Assembly (NCBI GenBank): GCA_050952805.1
Contig: JBMNLM010000001.1
Location: 465,967-529,966, forward strand
Length of the DNA stretch: 64,000 nt
Reading direction: 5' to 3'
DNA from: Bacilli bacterium
GTDB taxonomy: Bacteria > Bacillota_I > Bacilli_A > RFN20 > CAG-826
The notes under the pieces are model-generated. The model saw only the letters and a program-made list of their open reading frames with translations. It was not told where the DNA came from and searched no databases. Position numbers and translations under genes: made by a program. Below are positions 31,081 through 42,295 of this stretch, piece after piece (position 1 is the stretch's first letter; each line of letters begins with the position of its first letter).

Positions 31081-31458
31081 CTATCCTTTCGACACTTGCT
31101 TTTTGTTAGCAATCGTGCGTTTAGGTCCCTTTCTTGTTCTTGCGTTCGTTCTTGTTCTTTGTCCGCGTACAGGGAGTCCTCTACGATGACGAATGCCACG
31201 ATACGAACCAATTTCATTTAATCTTTTAATGTCCATAGCAACTTGTCTACGTAAATCACCTTCTACGTGAAGTTTAGAAACTTCCGTTCTTAACGCAGTA
31301 AATTGCTCATCAGTTAAATCTTTAACGCGAATTGTACTCGCGATATTTGCTTTTTCACAAACTTTAAGTGCGGTGCTTCTGCCAATACCGTAAATATACG
31401 TTAGAGAAATACCAACAGGCTTATCGTTTGGAATATCAACACCTACTATACGTGCCAT
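31081..31458 (-). CDS. rpsM: 30S ribosomal protein S13
   Basis: Start ATG 31456-31458 ([13 protein letters not shown]). Listed ORF overextended 19 codons. Confidence 0.95.
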   Translation of the reverse strand: MARIVGVDIPNDKPVGISLTYIYGIGRSTALKVCEKANIASTIRVKDLTDEQFTALRTEVSKLHVEGDLRRQVAMDIKRLNEIGSYRGIRHRRGLPVRGQRTRTNARTRKGPKRTIANKKQVSKG

Positions 31459-31478
31459 AATTTTTTCCTCACTTTTCC

Positions 31479-31592
31479 TTAACCTTGTCTTTGTTTGTGT
31501 TTCGGGTTTTTGCAAACGACCATGACACGGCCCTTGCGTCTAATTACCTTACATTTATCACAAATTGGTTTTACTGAGGCTCTTACTTTCAT
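31479..31592 (-). CDS. rpmJ: 50S ribosomal protein L36 (not in the ORF track)
   Basis: 37 aa [37 protein letters not shown], zinc-ribbon C-x2-C-x12-C-x4-H. Confidence 0.85.
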   Translation of the reverse strand: MKVRASVKPICDKCKVIRRKGRVMVVCKNPKHKQRQG

Positions 31593-31612
31593 AATTTTCC
31601 TCCTAATTTCGG

Positions 31613-31840
31613 TTAGTCTTTAAACCGATACGTAATTCGTCCACGTGTTAAGTCATATGGCGATATTTCTAGACTAACGCGATCACCTGGTAAAATGCGA
31701 ATACTGTGAATGCGGATTTTACCAGAAACGTGGGCATTAATAATTAGTCCATTTTCAATTAGCTTTACCTTAAAATTCATATTCGGTAATTGCTCAAGAA
31801 CTATCGCCTCAACGCGAATGACATCATCTTTTTTGGCCAT
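31613..31840 (-). CDS. infA: translation initiation factor IF-1
   Basis: 75 aa [25 protein letters not shown]... Confidence 0.95.
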   Translation of the reverse strand: MAKKDDVIRVEAIVLEQLPNMNFKVKLIENGLIINAHVSGKIRIHSIRILPGDRVSLEISPYDLTRGRITYRFKD

Positions 31841-32607
31841 TAATTTTCTTCTCCTTTTAACTTTGTTAATACTTCAAAACCGTTCTCTGTTATAACAATT
31901 GAGTTTTCATAATGGCTAGCTAATTTGCCATCGCGAGTTTTTGTCGTCCACCCATCACTAAGCACAATAAGATCAACCGCACCTTCATTAACCATCGGTT
32001 CGATTGCAAGACACATTCCCGGTCTTAAAAGTGGACCCGTCCCTTTTTCTCCTACATTAGGAATAAAAGGGGCTTCATGAAGTTTTTGTCCAACGCCGTG
32101 ACCCGTAAAGTTTTCCGTAAGCGTGTAGCCACGCTTAGTACAATACGTTTCTATAGCGTTAGAAATGTCGCCTAGATAATTTCCAGGACGAGCGAAGTTA
32201 TTTACCGCGTACCAGAAGCTTTCTTCTGTCGTTTCGACAAGTCTTCTAGCATTTTCGCTTACAGGTTCAACCATAAATGTTCGGCAGGCATCAGCAACGT
32301 AACCTTTGTACGTTGCCCCTACATCAACACTTACGATGTCACCTTCTTTTATAACTTCTTTTTTTGAAGGAATCCCGTGGATTAGCGTATCGTTAACGGA
32401 AACGCAGACGTTTCCTTTAAAGCCGCCATAGCCTTTAAATGTTGGCTTAGCGCCAGCGTTAACGATAACTTTTCGAGCAACTTCGTCGATATCTTTTGTC
32501 GTTACACCAGGTTTTAGCATTTTCTTAACTTCTTCGAAGACTAAGGCAACAATGTGCCCAGCTTCGCGCATGAAGGCTATTTCCCGTTCACTTCGAATAG
32601 TTATCAC
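31840..32607 (-). CDS. map: methionine aminopeptidase type I
   Basis: 255 aa. GTG start ([17 protein letters not shown] matches Bacillus Map N-terminus). Metal ligands conserved. Stop overlaps infA start (TAATG). Confidence 0.9.
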   Translation of the reverse strand: MITIRSEREIAFMREAGHIVALVFEEVKKMLKPGVTTKDIDEVARKVIVNAGAKPTFKGYGGFKGNVCVSVNDTLIHGIPSKKEVIKEGDIVSVDVGATYKGYVADACRTFMVEPVSENARRLVETTEESFWYAVNNFARPGNYLGDISNAIETYCTKRGYTLTENFTGHGVGQKLHEAPFIPNVGEKGTGPLLRPGMCLAIEPMVNEGAVDLIVLSDGWTTKTRDGKLASHYENSIVITENGFEVLTKLKGEEN

Positions 32608-33266
32608 TACTTTGCTCTTCCTCCTAAAATCTTAATGATTTCGTTAAATGTTCCTTCTTTTCCAAGTTCCCCATCAACGTTTACTAGAAGACCAAGCTTT
32701 TCGTAATACGTTTCTAGTGGCTTAGTTTGCGTGTAGTAGTGATCTAGTCTAACTAAAAGCGCACTTTCAGTGTCATCTTTTCGTTGATAGAGTTCACCAC
32801 CGCATAAGTCACAAATTCCCGGTACTTTTGGTTTTAGAGTATGAATGTGATAAGGCGCGCCACATTTTTTACACACTCTTCGACCAGTAATTCTTCTTAC
32901 TAGTTCGTCTGTTCCACAAGTTATATTAATAACTTTTGTAATTGGGCGATTGATTTCTTTGCCTATTTCGCTTAGTGCTTCAGCTTGTGCGATTGTGCGC
33001 GGAAAGCCATCGAGCAAAAAGCCATTAGCGCAATCCTCTTTAGAAAGACGATCTTTTACGATACCAATCGTGACGTCATCTGGAACAAGATGACCGTCAT
33101 TAATATAGCGGGCTGCTATTTCGCCAAGTGGCGTTTTTTCTTTAATTGCTTCGCGAAACATATCTCCGGTAGAAATATGGGGAATGTTATATTCGCTAGC
33201 AATTAGTTTTGCTTGTGTCCCTTTTCCAGCGCCTGGGGGACCCATTAAAATAATATTAATTCGCAT
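32607..33266 (-). CDS. adk: adenylate kinase
   Basis: 219 aa, P-loop GPPGAGKGTQ, zinc-finger lid CKKCGAPY...CDLCGG. Confidence 0.95.
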   Translation of the reverse strand: MRINIILMGPPGAGKGTQAKLIASEYNIPHISTGDMFREAIKEKTPLGEIAARYINDGHLVPDDVTIGIVKDRLSKEDCANGFLLDGFPRTIAQAEALSEIGKEINRPITKVINITCGTDELVRRITGRRVCKKCGAPYHIHTLKPKVPGICDLCGGELYQRKDDTESALLVRLDHYYTQTKPLETYYEKLGLLVNVDGELGKEGTFNEIIKILGGRAK

Positions 33267-33275
33267 AATCTCAGT

Positions 33276-34619
33276 CTATCCTCCTTGCTGAATTTGTTCA
33301 AAACTCTTTCCGGCAAGTAGGCCGTCAATTTGCGTATTAACTTCAATTGCAACACCAACAACAATAATAAGTCCTGTTCCGCCTAAAGCTAGACTTTGAT
33401 CAGGAACAACACCCGTTAATACGAGAACGAGTGGGAGTGCTGCGATAAAGGCAAGCGCGGATGCGCCAATAACGGTAATTCTATTTAAGACTTTACTAAC
33501 GTATCTTTCTGTTTCAGCTCCTGGGCGAACGCCTGGAATATATGAGCCGTTCTTTTGGAAGTTTTCTGCAAGTTGTTCAGGGTTAATTTGAAGTTTTGCA
33601 TAAAAGAAACAAAAGACAATCGTTAAGAAAAGATAAATAATTAAGCCCCAAGGCATATACCAGTAAGTTCCATTAATGCCAGGCATTTTTGTAAGCGCAC
33701 TACTATTAAAGATATTAAGCCATTCGGCATCAAGATTTGCTCCTGTAATAAAAGAAGCAATAATTGAAGGCGCCATCATAATACTACTAGCAAAAATAAC
33801 AGGGATTACGCCAGCGCTATTAATCTTAATTGGTAAGAAGCTAGCTTGGGCCATCTTCCGCGTTTGTCCGCCTTTTCCTGCGTGTTGAACAGGAATTTTT
33901 CGTTTACTGCTTTCAATAAACGTAATAAAGGCAATGATAAGAATAAAGGCAAGGATATAAACACCAAATTGAATTACGCCAATTAAGATTTGGCTACTTC
34001 CTTGACCAAACTTATCTGCTAACCACGTCTTATATGCGCGCGTGATTTGTAAGGGTAAACTAGAAACAATACCTGCAAAAATAATCATTGAGATCCCGTT
34101 TCCAATACCTTTTTGAGAGATTTGGTCCCCTAGCCACATTGTAAGCATACTTCCTGCAAGAAGAATCGTAATAATGTAGGCATAAGACCAAAATGAAGTG
34201 CTTTCTAGCGTAATAAACGCTTGGTTTTCCATCGTTTTAATAACGCCATAAGCTTGAACGGATCCTAACATAAGCGTTAAGTATCGCGTTGCCATCTCCA
34301 TTTTTTTCCGACCATATTGTCCTTGTTTAGAAAGTTCAGTAAAGGCTGGAAGTACATCCATTGAGAGAAGTTGAACAATAATCGAAGCGGTAATATAAGG
34401 ACTTACTCCAAGAGCGAAGACACTAAAGCTTTGCAGCGTTCCTCCTCCAAGTAGGTTCATAAGTCCAAAGGCATCATTTGTTTGAAATGAAAAGTCTTTT
34501 ACCGTGACACCTGGAACTTTAATTGCCGCTCCAAGTCGGAAAATAAATAAAATCATGATCGTAAAGAAAATGCGATCGACAATTTCTTTGTTTTTAAATA
34601 TAGCGGCAAGTTTTTTCAT
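33276..34619 (-). CDS. secY: preprotein translocase subunit SecY
   Basis: 447 aa, 10 TM, conserved SecY blocks. Confidence 0.95.
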   Translation of the reverse strand: MKKLAAIFKNKEIVDRIFFTIMILFIFRLGAAIKVPGVTVKDFSFQTNDAFGLMNLLGGGTLQSFSVFALGVSPYITASIIVQLLSMDVLPAFTELSKQGQYGRKKMEMATRYLTLMLGSVQAYGVIKTMENQAFITLESTSFWSYAYIITILLAGSMLTMWLGDQISQKGIGNGISMIIFAGIVSSLPLQITRAYKTWLADKFGQGSSQILIGVIQFGVYILAFILIIAFITFIESSKRKIPVQHAGKGGQTRKMAQASFLPIKINSAGVIPVIFASSIMMAPSIIASFITGANLDAEWLNIFNSSALTKMPGINGTYWYMPWGLIIYLFLTIVFCFFYAKLQINPEQLAENFQKNGSYIPGVRPGAETERYVSKVLNRITVIGASALAFIAALPLVLVLTGVVPDQSLALGGTGLIIVVGVAIEVNTQIDGLLAGKSFEQIQQGG

Positions 34620-35059
34620 TATAGTTCCTCAGCAGTACCGCCAAGTTTTGTAATTGCGGCCTTGGCACTTTTTGAAAATTTGTGAGCTTGGACGTCTAGT
34701 TTAACGCTAAGTTCACCTTGGCCAAGAATTTTAACACCATCAAATTCCTTCTTAACTAAACCTTTTTCAATCAAAAGTGGCGGAGTAACAAGGGTACCTT
34801 CTTCAAAAATGTTAAGGTCACCAATGTTTACGACTGCATACTTTACGTTATTAACGTTTTTGAAACCTCGTTTTGGTAAACGACGGTAAAGAGGCATTTG
34901 TCCGCCTTCAAAGCCAAGACGAACGCCGCCACCAGAGCGTGATTTTTGCCCTTTTTGGCCTCTGCCACTCGTTTTACCAAAGCCACTTCCGTGGCCGCGA
35001 CCGACGCGTTTTTTGGTTTTCGTAGATCCTTCTGTATACGTTAATTCATGTAATTTCAT
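34619..35059 (-). CDS. rplO: 50S ribosomal protein L15
   Basis: 146 aa, [12 protein letters not shown]..., glycine-rich N-terminus. Confidence 0.95.
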   Translation of the reverse strand: MKLHELTYTEGSTKTKKRVGRGHGSGFGKTSGRGQKGQKSRSGGGVRLGFEGGQMPLYRRLPKRGFKNVNNVKYAVVNIGDLNIFEEGTLVTPPLLIEKGLVKKEFDGVKILGQGELSVKLDVQAHKFSKSAKAAITKLGGTAEEL

Positions 35060-35072
35060 AACTTATACCTCC

Positions 35073-35723
35073 TTATTCGCCTTTACGAAGTTTTTCAACT
35101 TCGGAAGCGTTTTTTAGGCCTTGAAGACCATTGTCGGTTGCACGTAAGACGTTAAGTGCAGTACGACTTCCATAAATTTTTGAGTAAACGTTTTTAACAC
35201 CTGCTAGTTCTAAAATTGCCCGAACTGGTCCACCAGCAATAATTCCAGTACCAGCGGGAGCAGGTTTTAAAAATACTCGAGTTGCGCCAAATTCGCCGTA
35301 AATTTCGTGTGAGATTGTGTCGTCTCCGACGAGTTCAATCTTACGAAGATTCTTTTTAGCTTTATCTAGCGACTTTTTAATTGCATCAGGAACTTCTGCT
35401 GCTTTTGCACTTGCAAAACCATACGTTCCTTTGCCATTTCCAACGACCGTAACAGCAGCAAAACGTAGACGTCTTCCACCTTTTGTCGTTTTTGCGACAC
35501 GGTTAATATAAACCGTTCTTTCTTCAAATTCGCTCCGTTGACGACCACCGCGAGTGTCTCGACCGCGACGACGAGGTCTTCCACCACGTTGAGGTCTATC
35601 TCCACGAGGGCGACTTGGTTTTTCTTGTTGCTCTTTAGGAGTAACTTCTGTGTCTTTTGTAACTTCTTCTACTGTTTCTGTTACTTTTTCTTCGACTTCT
35701 TTAACTAATTTTTCTTCTGCCAT
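35073..35723 (-). CDS. rpsE: 30S ribosomal protein S5 with about 60-aa charged N-terminal extension
   Basis: 216 aa. S5 core from [24 protein letters not shown]-terminal E/K/R-rich low-complexity region. L30 gene absent between rpsE and rplO. Confidence 0.9.
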   Translation of the reverse strand: MAEEKLVKEVEEKVTETVEEVTKDTEVTPKEQQEKPSRPRGDRPQRGGRPRRRGRDTRGGRQRSEFEERTVYINRVAKTTKGGRRLRFAAVTVVGNGKGTYGFASAKAAEVPDAIKKSLDKAKKNLRKIELVGDDTISHEIYGEFGATRVFLKPAPAGTGIIAGGPVRAILELAGVKNVYSKIYGSRTALNVLRATDNGLQGLKNASEVEKLRKGE

Positions 35724-35732
35724 AAGTTCCTC

Positions 35733-36089
35733 CTAAAATTGTAACCCTTCTTTTCTTGCGGCATCAGCAAGAGCTTTTACGCGACCGTGATAAAGGAATC
35801 CACCGCGATCAAAGACAACAGTATTAATGTTATTTTCGAGTGCGACTTTAGCGATTGCTTCGCCAACTTTTGTCGCGGCTTCAACATTACCACCATTTTC
35901 TAGTTTTAGATTTAAACTAGATGCACTTGCTAGGGTGTGACCTTTCGTGTCATCAATAACTTGCGCATAAATGTGCTTGTTTGAGCAATAGACTGCTAAA
36001 CGTGGCCTTTCACTTGTGCCACTAACTTTAGCCCGAACACGTTTGTGAAGACGAGTACGGATTTGTTTACGTTTAATTTGTTTAACCAT
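35733..36089 (-). CDS. rplR: 50S ribosomal protein L18
   Basis: 118 aa. Confidence 0.93.
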   Translation of the reverse strand: MVKQIKRKQIRTRLHKRVRAKVSGTSERPRLAVYCSNKHIYAQVIDDTKGHTLASASSLNLKLENGGNVEAATKVGEAIAKVALENNINTVVFDRGGFLYHGRVKALADAARKEGLQF

Positions 36090-36101
36090 AATTACAATCT
36101 C

Positions 36102-36650
36102 CTATTTCTTCGCAACGGCACGTTTGCCTTCCTTACGGATAATGTGTTCGTCGCTATATTTAATACCTTTTCCAAGATAGGGTTCTGGTTTTCTAACAGC
36201 ACGAATGTTCGCTGCTGTTTGACCAACGGCTTGTTTGTCATAACCAAAAACTTCAATGCGCGTTGGTTTTGGTAGTCTGATTTCTGAGCCTTTCTCGGGG
36301 CTAATGACGATTTCGTGGCTATGGCCGACTTCTAAAACGATATCGTTTCCGCGCATTGAAGCACGATAGCCGATACCGACAATTTCTAGTGTTTTCGTAA
36401 ACCCTTCAGAAACACCAACAATAGCATCGTTTAATAATGCACGTGTCGTTCCGTGATGTTGTTTACTAATTTTTTCATCATTTGGCCGTCTTACGAAGAT
36501 TTTTCCTTCTTCGCTCATATCAAGGCTTAAAATACTTGGGATGTGGACGTTCATCGTTCCGTTTTTCCCCTTAACGGTAACGTTTTGTCCGTCTACTTTT
36601 ACTTCTACTCCTTCAGGAATGATAATTTCTTTAAATCCAATTCTTGACAT
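36102..36650 (-). CDS. rplF: 50S ribosomal protein L6
   Basis: Start ATG 36648-36650 (MSRIGFKEIIIP). Listed ORF overextended 4 codons. Confidence 0.93.
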   Translation of the reverse strand: MSRIGFKEIIIPEGVEVKVDGQNVTVKGKNGTMNVHIPSILSLDMSEEGKIFVRRPNDEKISKQHHGTTRALLNDAIVGVSEGFTKTLEIVGIGYRASMRGNDIVLEVGHSHEIVISPEKGSEIRLPKPTRIEVFGYDKQAVGQTAANIRAVRKPEPYLGKGIKYSDEHIIRKEGKRAVAKK

Positions 36651-36655
36651 AAGAG

Positions 36656-37051
36656 TTACCAAACATAGGCAATGACTTCACCACCAACGCCAAGAGCGCG
36701 GGCTTTACTGTCAGTCATTACTCCTTTCGATGTAGAAATAATTGCAATTCCTAAACCACGAAGAACGCGGGGAAGATCTTTGTGGGGCGTATTAACTCTA
36801 AGCCCTGGTTTAGAAATTTTCTTAAGGCCACTAATAACACGTTCGCCGTTAGGACCATACTTTAGTGTGATCGTAATCGTTTTCTTCGTGTCACCAGTAA
36901 TTTCGTAGTCTCTAATATAGCCTTCTTCTTTTAAAATCTTTGCAATTTGTGCCTTCATCCGATTGTGAGGAATTGCGACTGTTTCATGATACATCGCATT
37001 CGCATTACGGATTCTTGTAAGCATATCGGCAATGGGATCTGTCATACTCAT
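36656..37051 (-). CDS. rpsH: 30S ribosomal protein S8
   Basis: 131 aa [17 protein letters not shown]. Confidence 0.95.
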   Translation of the reverse strand: MSMTDPIADMLTRIRNANAMYHETVAIPHNRMKAQIAKILKEEGYIRDYEITGDTKKTITITLKYGPNGERVISGLKKISKPGLRVNTPHKDLPRVLRGLGIAIISTSKGVMTDSKARALGVGGEVIAYVW

Positions 37052-37063
37052 AACTATTACCTC

Positions 37064-37249
37064 CTACCAGCTCGACTTCTTCATTCCGGGAATCTTGCCT
37101 TCATAAGCAAGTTCACGTAAACAAATTCGGCACACACCAAATCTTTTATAGACGCTACGAGGGCGTCCGCAGCGTGAACAACGACTATATTCGCGAACTT
37201 TGAATTTGTTTGGACGTTTTTGGGAAACGCGTTTACTTGTTTTTGCCAT
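37064..37249 (-). CDS. rpsN: 30S ribosomal protein S14 type Z (zinc-binding)
   Basis: 61 aa with CxxC...CxxC. Confidence 0.93.
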   Translation of the reverse strand: MAKTSKRVSQKRPNKFKVREYSRCSRCGRPRSVYKRFGVCRICLRELAYEGKIPGMKKSSW

Positions 37250-37260
37250 TTTCTCTCCTC

Positions 37261-38184
37261 CTAGCGTTTAAAGGGCATTCCAAGGTGTTTTAAAAGTGCG
37301 AATGCCTCTTTGTCTGTTTGTGCGGTTGTAACGATTGTTATATCCATCCCACGAATTTTGCTAATGTCATCAAAGCTAATTTCTGGGAAGATAAGTTGTT
37401 CTCTTACTCCTAGTGAGTAATTTCCATGACCATCAAATGAGTTTTTGCTAACTCCGCGGAAGTCACGGACGCGCGGGAGCGCGATACTTATTAATTTATC
37501 AAGGAAGTCATACATTCTAATGCCGCGTAATGTTACCTTACAACCAATTTGGTGACCTTCGCGGAGTTTGTAATTAGCAATGCTCTTCTTTGCTTTTGTA
37601 ACGACTGGTTGTTGACCAGCGATAAGACTAAGTTCTCTAACAGCGTCTTCCATGTTTTTCGCATTTGTTATTGCATCGCCTACGCCCATGTTAATAACAA
37701 TTTTATTAAGTTTTGGGACTTGCATGATTGTCGTATAGCTAAATTCTTTAATAAGAGCTGGGACGACTTCATCACGATATTTTTGTTCGAGACGAGCGAC
37801 AACGCGGGCTTCTTTTGGAGCGCTTTTTGCAGAGTCTTTTGCTTTTGGAGCTGATTCTGCAGGTTTTTTGCTAGATGTCTTAGTTTCGACCTTTTCCGCT
37901 TCTTTTTTCGGAGCAGCCTTTTTAGGTTCTGCCTTGCTAACTTTAGCGGCTTCAGTCTTTTCTTCTTTTTTGACTGTAACTTTTGCAGTTTCAGTTTCTT
38001 TTTTAGCAGGTTCTTTTGTTTCTACTTTTGTCGCTTTTTTTGGTTCTGCTTTTTTCGTTTCTTTTACGACTTTTTCGTCTTTTGCTTCTTCTTTCTTGGG
38101 AGCTTCGACTTTTGTTCGTTTTACAAAGCGACCTTTTTCATCACGTAGTGGACCACTAGTGACCTTTTTTTCTTTTTCTTCCAT
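37261..38184 (-). CDS. rplE: 50S ribosomal protein L5 with about 125-aa K/E/A-rich N-terminal extension
   Basis: 307 aa. L5 core from [18 protein letters not shown]. Preceded by histone-H1-like KKEEAKDEK / [10 protein letters not shown] repeats. No stops for 375 nt in an AT-rich genome. Confidence 0.9.
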   Translation of the reverse strand: MEEKEKKVTSGPLRDEKGRFVKRTKVEAPKKEEAKDEKVVKETKKAEPKKATKVETKEPAKKETETAKVTVKKEEKTEAAKVSKAEPKKAAPKKEAEKVETKTSSKKPAESAPKAKDSAKSAPKEARVVARLEQKYRDEVVPALIKEFSYTTIMQVPKLNKIVINMGVGDAITNAKNMEDAVRELSLIAGQQPVVTKAKKSIANYKLREGHQIGCKVTLRGIRMYDFLDKLISIALPRVRDFRGVSKNSFDGHGNYSLGVREQLIFPEISFDDISKIRGMDITIVTTAQTDKEAFALLKHLGMPFKR

Positions 38185-38201
38185 AATCTCTAGAGCTCCT
38201 T

Positions 38202-38510
38202 CTACTTAATTACTTCGCCACTTCGTTTTGCGTAGCGAACCTTTTTACCTTTTTCAATACGATAGCCAACGCGTGTTGGTTTTTTCGTTTTTGGATCAAT
38301 TAGGGCGACGTTAGAAACGTGAATTGGTGCATATACTTCAATAATTGAACCTTCAGGATTTTGTTGCGTTGGTTTGCGGTGTTTTTTACGAATGTTAACA
38401 CCTTCAACAACGACTTTTTCTAATTTTGGGTGGACTTTTTGGACGATGCCTTCTTTTCCTTTATCGCGACCGGTAATCACGACGACTTTATCACCTTTTC
38501 GTATAATCAT
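38202..38510 (-). CDS. rplX: 50S ribosomal protein L24
   Basis: 102 aa [21 protein letters not shown] (KOW). Confidence 0.93.
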   Translation of the reverse strand: MIIRKGDKVVVITGRDKGKEGIVQKVHPKLEKVVVEGVNIRKKHRKPTQQNPEGSIIEVYAPIHVSNVALIDPKTKKPTRVGYRIEKGKKVRYAKRSGEVIK

Positions 38511-38519
38511 GATTTCCTC

Positions 38520-38894
38520 CTATAAGACCTCGGGAGCTAGAGATATAATTTTCATTGCTCCTGATCCTTTTTCTCTTAATTCGCGTGCGACAGGTCCAAA
38601 TACCCGAGTTCCGATCATTGTTCCGTCTTCATTTAGGAGTACGACGGCGTTATCATCAAATTTAATTTTTGTTCCGTCAGGTCGTACGATTCCTTTTTTC
38701 GTGCGGACAATGATTCCTTTAACCATTTGGCCTTTTTTTACTTTTGAGTTAGGCAAGGCTTGCTTAACACTTAGTAAAACGATATCGCCAATATAGCTAT
38801 GTCGGCGGTGACTTCCACCGTATAAACGGATGACGCGACCGCTTTTTGCACCTGAGTTATCAGCGATATTTAGATTTGTTTCTACACTAATCAT
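38520..38894 (-). CDS. rplN: 50S ribosomal protein L14
   Basis: 124 aa [17 protein letters not shown]... Confidence 0.95.
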   Translation of the reverse strand: MISVETNLNIADNSGAKSGRVIRLYGGSHRRHSYIGDIVLLSVKQALPNSKVKKGQMVKGIIVRTKKGIVRPDGTKIKFDDNAVVLLNEDGTMIGTRVFGPVARELREKGSGAMKIISLAPEVL

Positions 38895-39354
38895 TTGCTT
38901 CCTCCGTTTCTTTTTCTTCTAAAGCTTCGGCTTTGCTTTCGGCAAGAACTTCTTGTTCCGCTTCTTCTTCAGCTTCTTTTGCTTTTTTCATTTCTTCTTG
39001 TTCTAGCTTGAAGTGCTCTTGCGTTTCATAACGAGCTTCATCAATTTCTTCTAAAACTTCTTGTTCTGCAAGAGCTTCTTGGTATTCTTCAATACTAACT
39101 TCCGCAAGTGTTAAGACTTTTACTAAACGCCATCTTTTTGTTTTACTAATTGGACGCGTTGCCATGATGCGAACAAAGTCGCCGACTTCGGCTTCGTTGT
39201 TTTCATCGTGAGCATAATATTTCTTACGATATTTAACGCGTTTTCCATAAATTTTATGGCGTTTATAAGTTTCGACTAGAACGGTAATCGTCTTGTCGTT
39301 ATTGCTACTAATGACAACTCCTTCAAGAGTTGCACGCATATTTCTTTCTTCCAT
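38887..39354 (-). CDS. rpsQ: 30S ribosomal protein S17 with about 75-aa acidic C-terminal extension
   Basis: Start ATG 39352-39354 ([16 protein letters not shown]) with AGGTGA RBS. S17 core then E/A/L-rich acidic tail. 3-prime end overlaps rplN start by 8 nt. Confidence 0.88.
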   Translation of the reverse strand: MEERNMRATLEGVVISSNNDKTITVLVETYKRHKIYGKRVKYRKKYYAHDENNEAEVGDFVRIMATRPISKTKRWRLVKVLTLAEVSIEEYQEALAEQEVLEEIDEARYETQEHFKLEQEEMKKAKEAEEEAEQEVLAESKAEALEEKETEEAND

Positions 39355-39366
39355 AGTTCTAGTCAC

Positions 39367-39564
39367 CTACTTTCCTTCTAATTCGCGCTCGCGCATAACT
39401 GTGTACGTGCGCGCGATATCTTTTCGGACTCTTTTAAGTTCATTGCCGTTTTCTAGTTGTCCAACAGCATGTTTTCTCCGTAAGTGGAAATATTCTTCCT
39501 TAAGGAGGTAAATTTTTTCATTTAGTTCTTTGTTTGATAATTCACGAATTTCACTAATTTTCAT
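39367..39564 (-). CDS. rpmC: 50S ribosomal protein L29
   Basis: 65 aa. Confidence 0.93.
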   Translation of the reverse strand: MKISEIRELSNKELNEKIYLLKEEYFHLRRKHAVGQLENGNELKRVRKDIARTYTVMRERELEGK

Positions 39565-39566
39565 TT

Positions 39567-39986
39567 TTATTTAACTCCTTCCTTTCTAGAGATAACGCGT
39601 GTTTTAATTGGAAGTTTATAGGCGGCAAGACGAAGTGCTTCTTTAGCAGTTTTTTCGCTTACGCCAGAGATTTCAAATAAAACACGATTTTTCTTAACGA
39701 CTGCGACAAAGTGGTCAGGAGATCCTTTTCCTGATCCCATACGAACTTCGGCAGGTTTTTTTGTACGAGCAAGATGTGGGAAAATGCGAATCCAAACTTT
39801 TCCAACTCTTTTTGTATAGCTCGTTAAGACGATACGCGCAGATTCAATTTGTCTGCTTGTAATATAGGCCCCTTCTAACGCTTGAAGACCGTATTCACCA
39901 AAGGAGACAGTGTTACCACGGAACGCGGTGCCTTCATAACTTTGACGTTGAGGGCGGCGATATTTTGTTCTTACAGGTTGTAACAT
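39567..39986 (-). CDS. rplP: 50S ribosomal protein L16
   Basis: 139 aa [19 protein letters not shown]. Confidence 0.95.
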   Translation of the reverse strand: MLQPVRTKYRRPQRQSYEGTAFRGNTVSFGEYGLQALEGAYITSRQIESARIVLTSYTKRVGKVWIRIFPHLARTKKPAEVRMGSGKGSPDHFVAVVKKNRVLFEISGVSEKTAKEALRLAAYKLPIKTRVISRKEGVK

Positions 39987-40654
39987 TATTGTTTATCTCC
40001 TTTCTTTTTTACGTCATATTCGCCTCGGCAAATCCAAACTTTGACGCCAAGACGTCCATACGTTGTATGGGCTTCGACACTTGCGTAGTCGATATCACTT
40101 TTTAGGGTATGAAGAGGAATAATTCCGTCTTTATATCCTTCGCTTCGAGCAATTTCTGCTCCGTTTAGCCTTCCACTTACAAGCGTTTTAATACCTTTTG
40201 CTCCGCTTCTTCTTACTCTAGCGATTGTTCGCTTTTGAGCACTACGGAAGCTAGCGCGGTTTTCAAGCATCGTTGCAATTTCTTGCGCGATTAGTTTTGC
40301 TTCCATGTCAGGCTTTTTGATTTCGACAACTTTTACTTCAAGTTCGCCACTTTTTACGATCTTTTCAAGATCTTTTTTAAGGGCGTTAATATTTTTTCCT
40401 TCTTGACCAATAACGGCACCAGGTTTAGCAGTAAAAATTGCGACATTAACTTTTACTTTACCTTCAAAAGAATTAGTTCTTTCGATTTCAATGCGTGAAA
40501 CCATTGCGTTCTTTAATTCTTTTTCAATAAAGTTTTGAATATTCCAATCTTCTTCAAGTAAAGGAGCATAGTTACCGTCTTTTACAAACCAACGGCTTTC
40601 CCAGTTACGATAGATTCCATATCTTAGTCCATTTGGATTAACTTTTTGTCCCAT
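39986..40654 (-). CDS. rpsC: 30S ribosomal protein S3
   Basis: 222 aa [16 protein letters not shown] domain. Confidence 0.95.
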   Translation of the reverse strand: MGQKVNPNGLRYGIYRNWESRWFVKDGNYAPLLEEDWNIQNFIEKELKNAMVSRIEIERTNSFEGKVKVNVAIFTAKPGAVIGQEGKNINALKKDLEKIVKSGELEVKVVEIKKPDMEAKLIAQEIATMLENRASFRSAQKRTIARVRRSGAKGIKTLVSGRLNGAEIARSEGYKDGIIPLHTLKSDIDYASVEAHTTYGRLGVKVWICRGEYDVKKKGDKQ

Positions 40655-40664
40655 AACTATTTAC

Positions 40665-41072
40665 CTAATTCCTTTCCTTTACTTTTACGATGATTGTTGA
40701 AGTGCGTTTTGTAATACTACCGGCACTTCCTTTTGCGCGAGCGCGATAGCGTTTCATTTTAATGGAATCATTAATTTGAATTTCGCTAATGTAGAGTTTA
40801 TCTTCGTCCATTTCGAAGTTGTTGGTCGCGTTCGCTGCGGCACTTTGAATTGTTTTTCTAATTGGCGTGCTTGCAGCTTTATTGACGTTATAGAGAATGC
40901 CAACGGCTTCTTTTACGTCTTTTCCGCGTACGAGGTCAGCGACTAATCTTGCTTTTCTTGGTGAGACGCGGACGGTGCGACTAATAGCTCTAGCTTCGGT
41001 TACTTTCTCTTTAGCAGGCTCTTCGACTTTTGTTACGTCTTTACTAGCCTTCTTTTTATCGATCCTAGCCAT
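40665..41072 (-). CDS. rplV: 50S ribosomal protein L22 with about 25-aa N-terminal charged extension
   Basis: 135 aa. L22 core from ARAISRTVRVSPRKARLV. Confidence 0.92.
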   Translation of the reverse strand: MARIDKKKASKDVTKVEEPAKEKVTEARAISRTVRVSPRKARLVADLVRGKDVKEAVGILYNVNKAASTPIRKTIQSAAANATNNFEMDEDKLYISEIQINDSIKMKRYRARAKGSAGSITKRTSTIIVKVKERN

Positions 41073-41423
41073 CTATTCCACCTCTACTTCTTTTTTCGCG
41101 GCCGGTTTTGGCGCGGCGGTCTTTACTTTTGCTCTTTGGGCAGTCATTGCTTTATCTTCTGCTGTATGACCAGTATGACCGCGATAGGTTCTTGTTGGAC
41201 TAAATTCACCAAGTTTATGTCCAACCATATCTTCAGTTACATAAACTGTAATATGTTCTCTTCCGTTATAGACTGCGAAGGTGTGACCAACGAACGACGG
41301 ATAGATTGTTGAACGACGTGACCAGGTCTTAATAATTTGCTTTTTGTTTGCTTTATTAAGTGCATCAACTTTTTTAAGTAGTGACTCGTCTGCAAATGGT
41401 CCTTTTTTAATACTACGTGCCAT
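41073..41423 (-). CDS. rpsS: 30S ribosomal protein S19 with about 25-aa C-terminal basic/alanine-rich extension
   Basis: 116 aa. Core through [16 protein letters not shown], then [29 protein letters not shown]. Confidence 0.92.
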   Translation of the reverse strand: MARSIKKGPFADESLLKKVDALNKANKKQIIKTWSRRSTIYPSFVGHTFAVYNGREHITVYVTEDMVGHKLGEFSPTRTYRGHTGHTAEDKAMTAQRAKVKTAAPKPAAKKEVEVE

Positions 41424-41444
41424 AATTTCGTTTCTCCTTCGTTT

Positions 41445-42278
41445 CTATTTTTTCTTACGCCGACGAACAATAAGGTCGGTTGATTGTTTTTTATCTTTTC
41501 TTGTTTTAACGCCAAGAGCGCGTTTACCCCACGGCGTTCGTGGAGCGTCGTGACCAATTGGGGCTTTTCCTTCCCCACCACCATGCGGGTGATCGACGGG
41601 GTTCATTGCTGAACCGCGAACCGTTGGTCTAATGCCAAGCCAGCGAGATTTTCCGGCTTTTCCATAATTTATAAGAATGTATTCTTCGTTACCGACAGCA
41701 CCAATTGTAGCTCTGCAAGTTCCAAGAATTTTTCTTACTTCTGTACTTTGAAGACGAACAATAACGTATTTTCCGTCTTTACCTATTACTTGCGCGCTTG
41801 CGCCTGCGGCGCGACAGAGTTGTCCGCCTTTTCCAGGACGAAGTTCAATGTTATGAACTGTCGTTCCAACAGGAATATTAATAAGTGGGAGTGCATTTCC
41901 GACTTTAATATCGACATTTTCGCCAGAAATTATTTCATCACCAACTTTAAGTCCTTGCGGAGCGATAATATAGCGCTTTTCGCCGTCAATATAGAAGATA
42001 AGGGCAATATTTGCGTTTCTGTTTGGATCGTATTCGATTGCATTTACGCGACCGACGACATTATCCTTATTGCGGCGAAAATCGATAATGCGATATTTAC
42101 GCTTATGACCGCCACCGACGTGACGCGTTGTAATTTTGCCTTGGTTGTTTCTTCCACCAGTTTTGTTTAGGGTTACAACTAAACTTTTTTCTGGTTTTGT
42201 CTTCGTAATATTGTCATAACTCATCGTTGTCATATTACGGCGAGAAGGTGAGGTTGGTTTGTATGTTTTAATAGCCAT
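41445..42278 (-). CDS. rplB: 50S ribosomal protein L2
   Basis: 277 aa. Confidence 0.96.
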   Translation of the reverse strand: MAIKTYKPTSPSRRNMTTMSYDNITKTKPEKSLVVTLNKTGGRNNQGKITTRHVGGGHKRKYRIIDFRRNKDNVVGRVNAIEYDPNRNANIALIFYIDGEKRYIIAPQGLKVGDEIISGENVDIKVGNALPLINIPVGTTVHNIELRPGKGGQLCRAAGASAQVIGKDGKYVIVRLQSTEVRKILGTCRATIGAVGNEEYILINYGKAGKSRWLGIRPTVRGSAMNPVDHPHGGGEGKAPIGHDAPRTPWGKRALGVKTRKDKKQSTDLIVRRRKKK

Positions 42279-42295
42279 AATCTTTTTCTCCCTTC

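Noticed and set aside
37549-38209. Two plus-strand ORFs (101 and 113 aa) rich in Phe/Ser/Ala
   Set aside because: They are antisense to the lysine-rich N-terminal extension of rplE (AAA/GAA codons read as TTT/TTC). No start context.
38374-38796. 140-aa plus-strand ORF
   Set aside because: Antisense to rplX/rplN with no homology or RBS. Ribosomal operon packing argues against an embedded gene.
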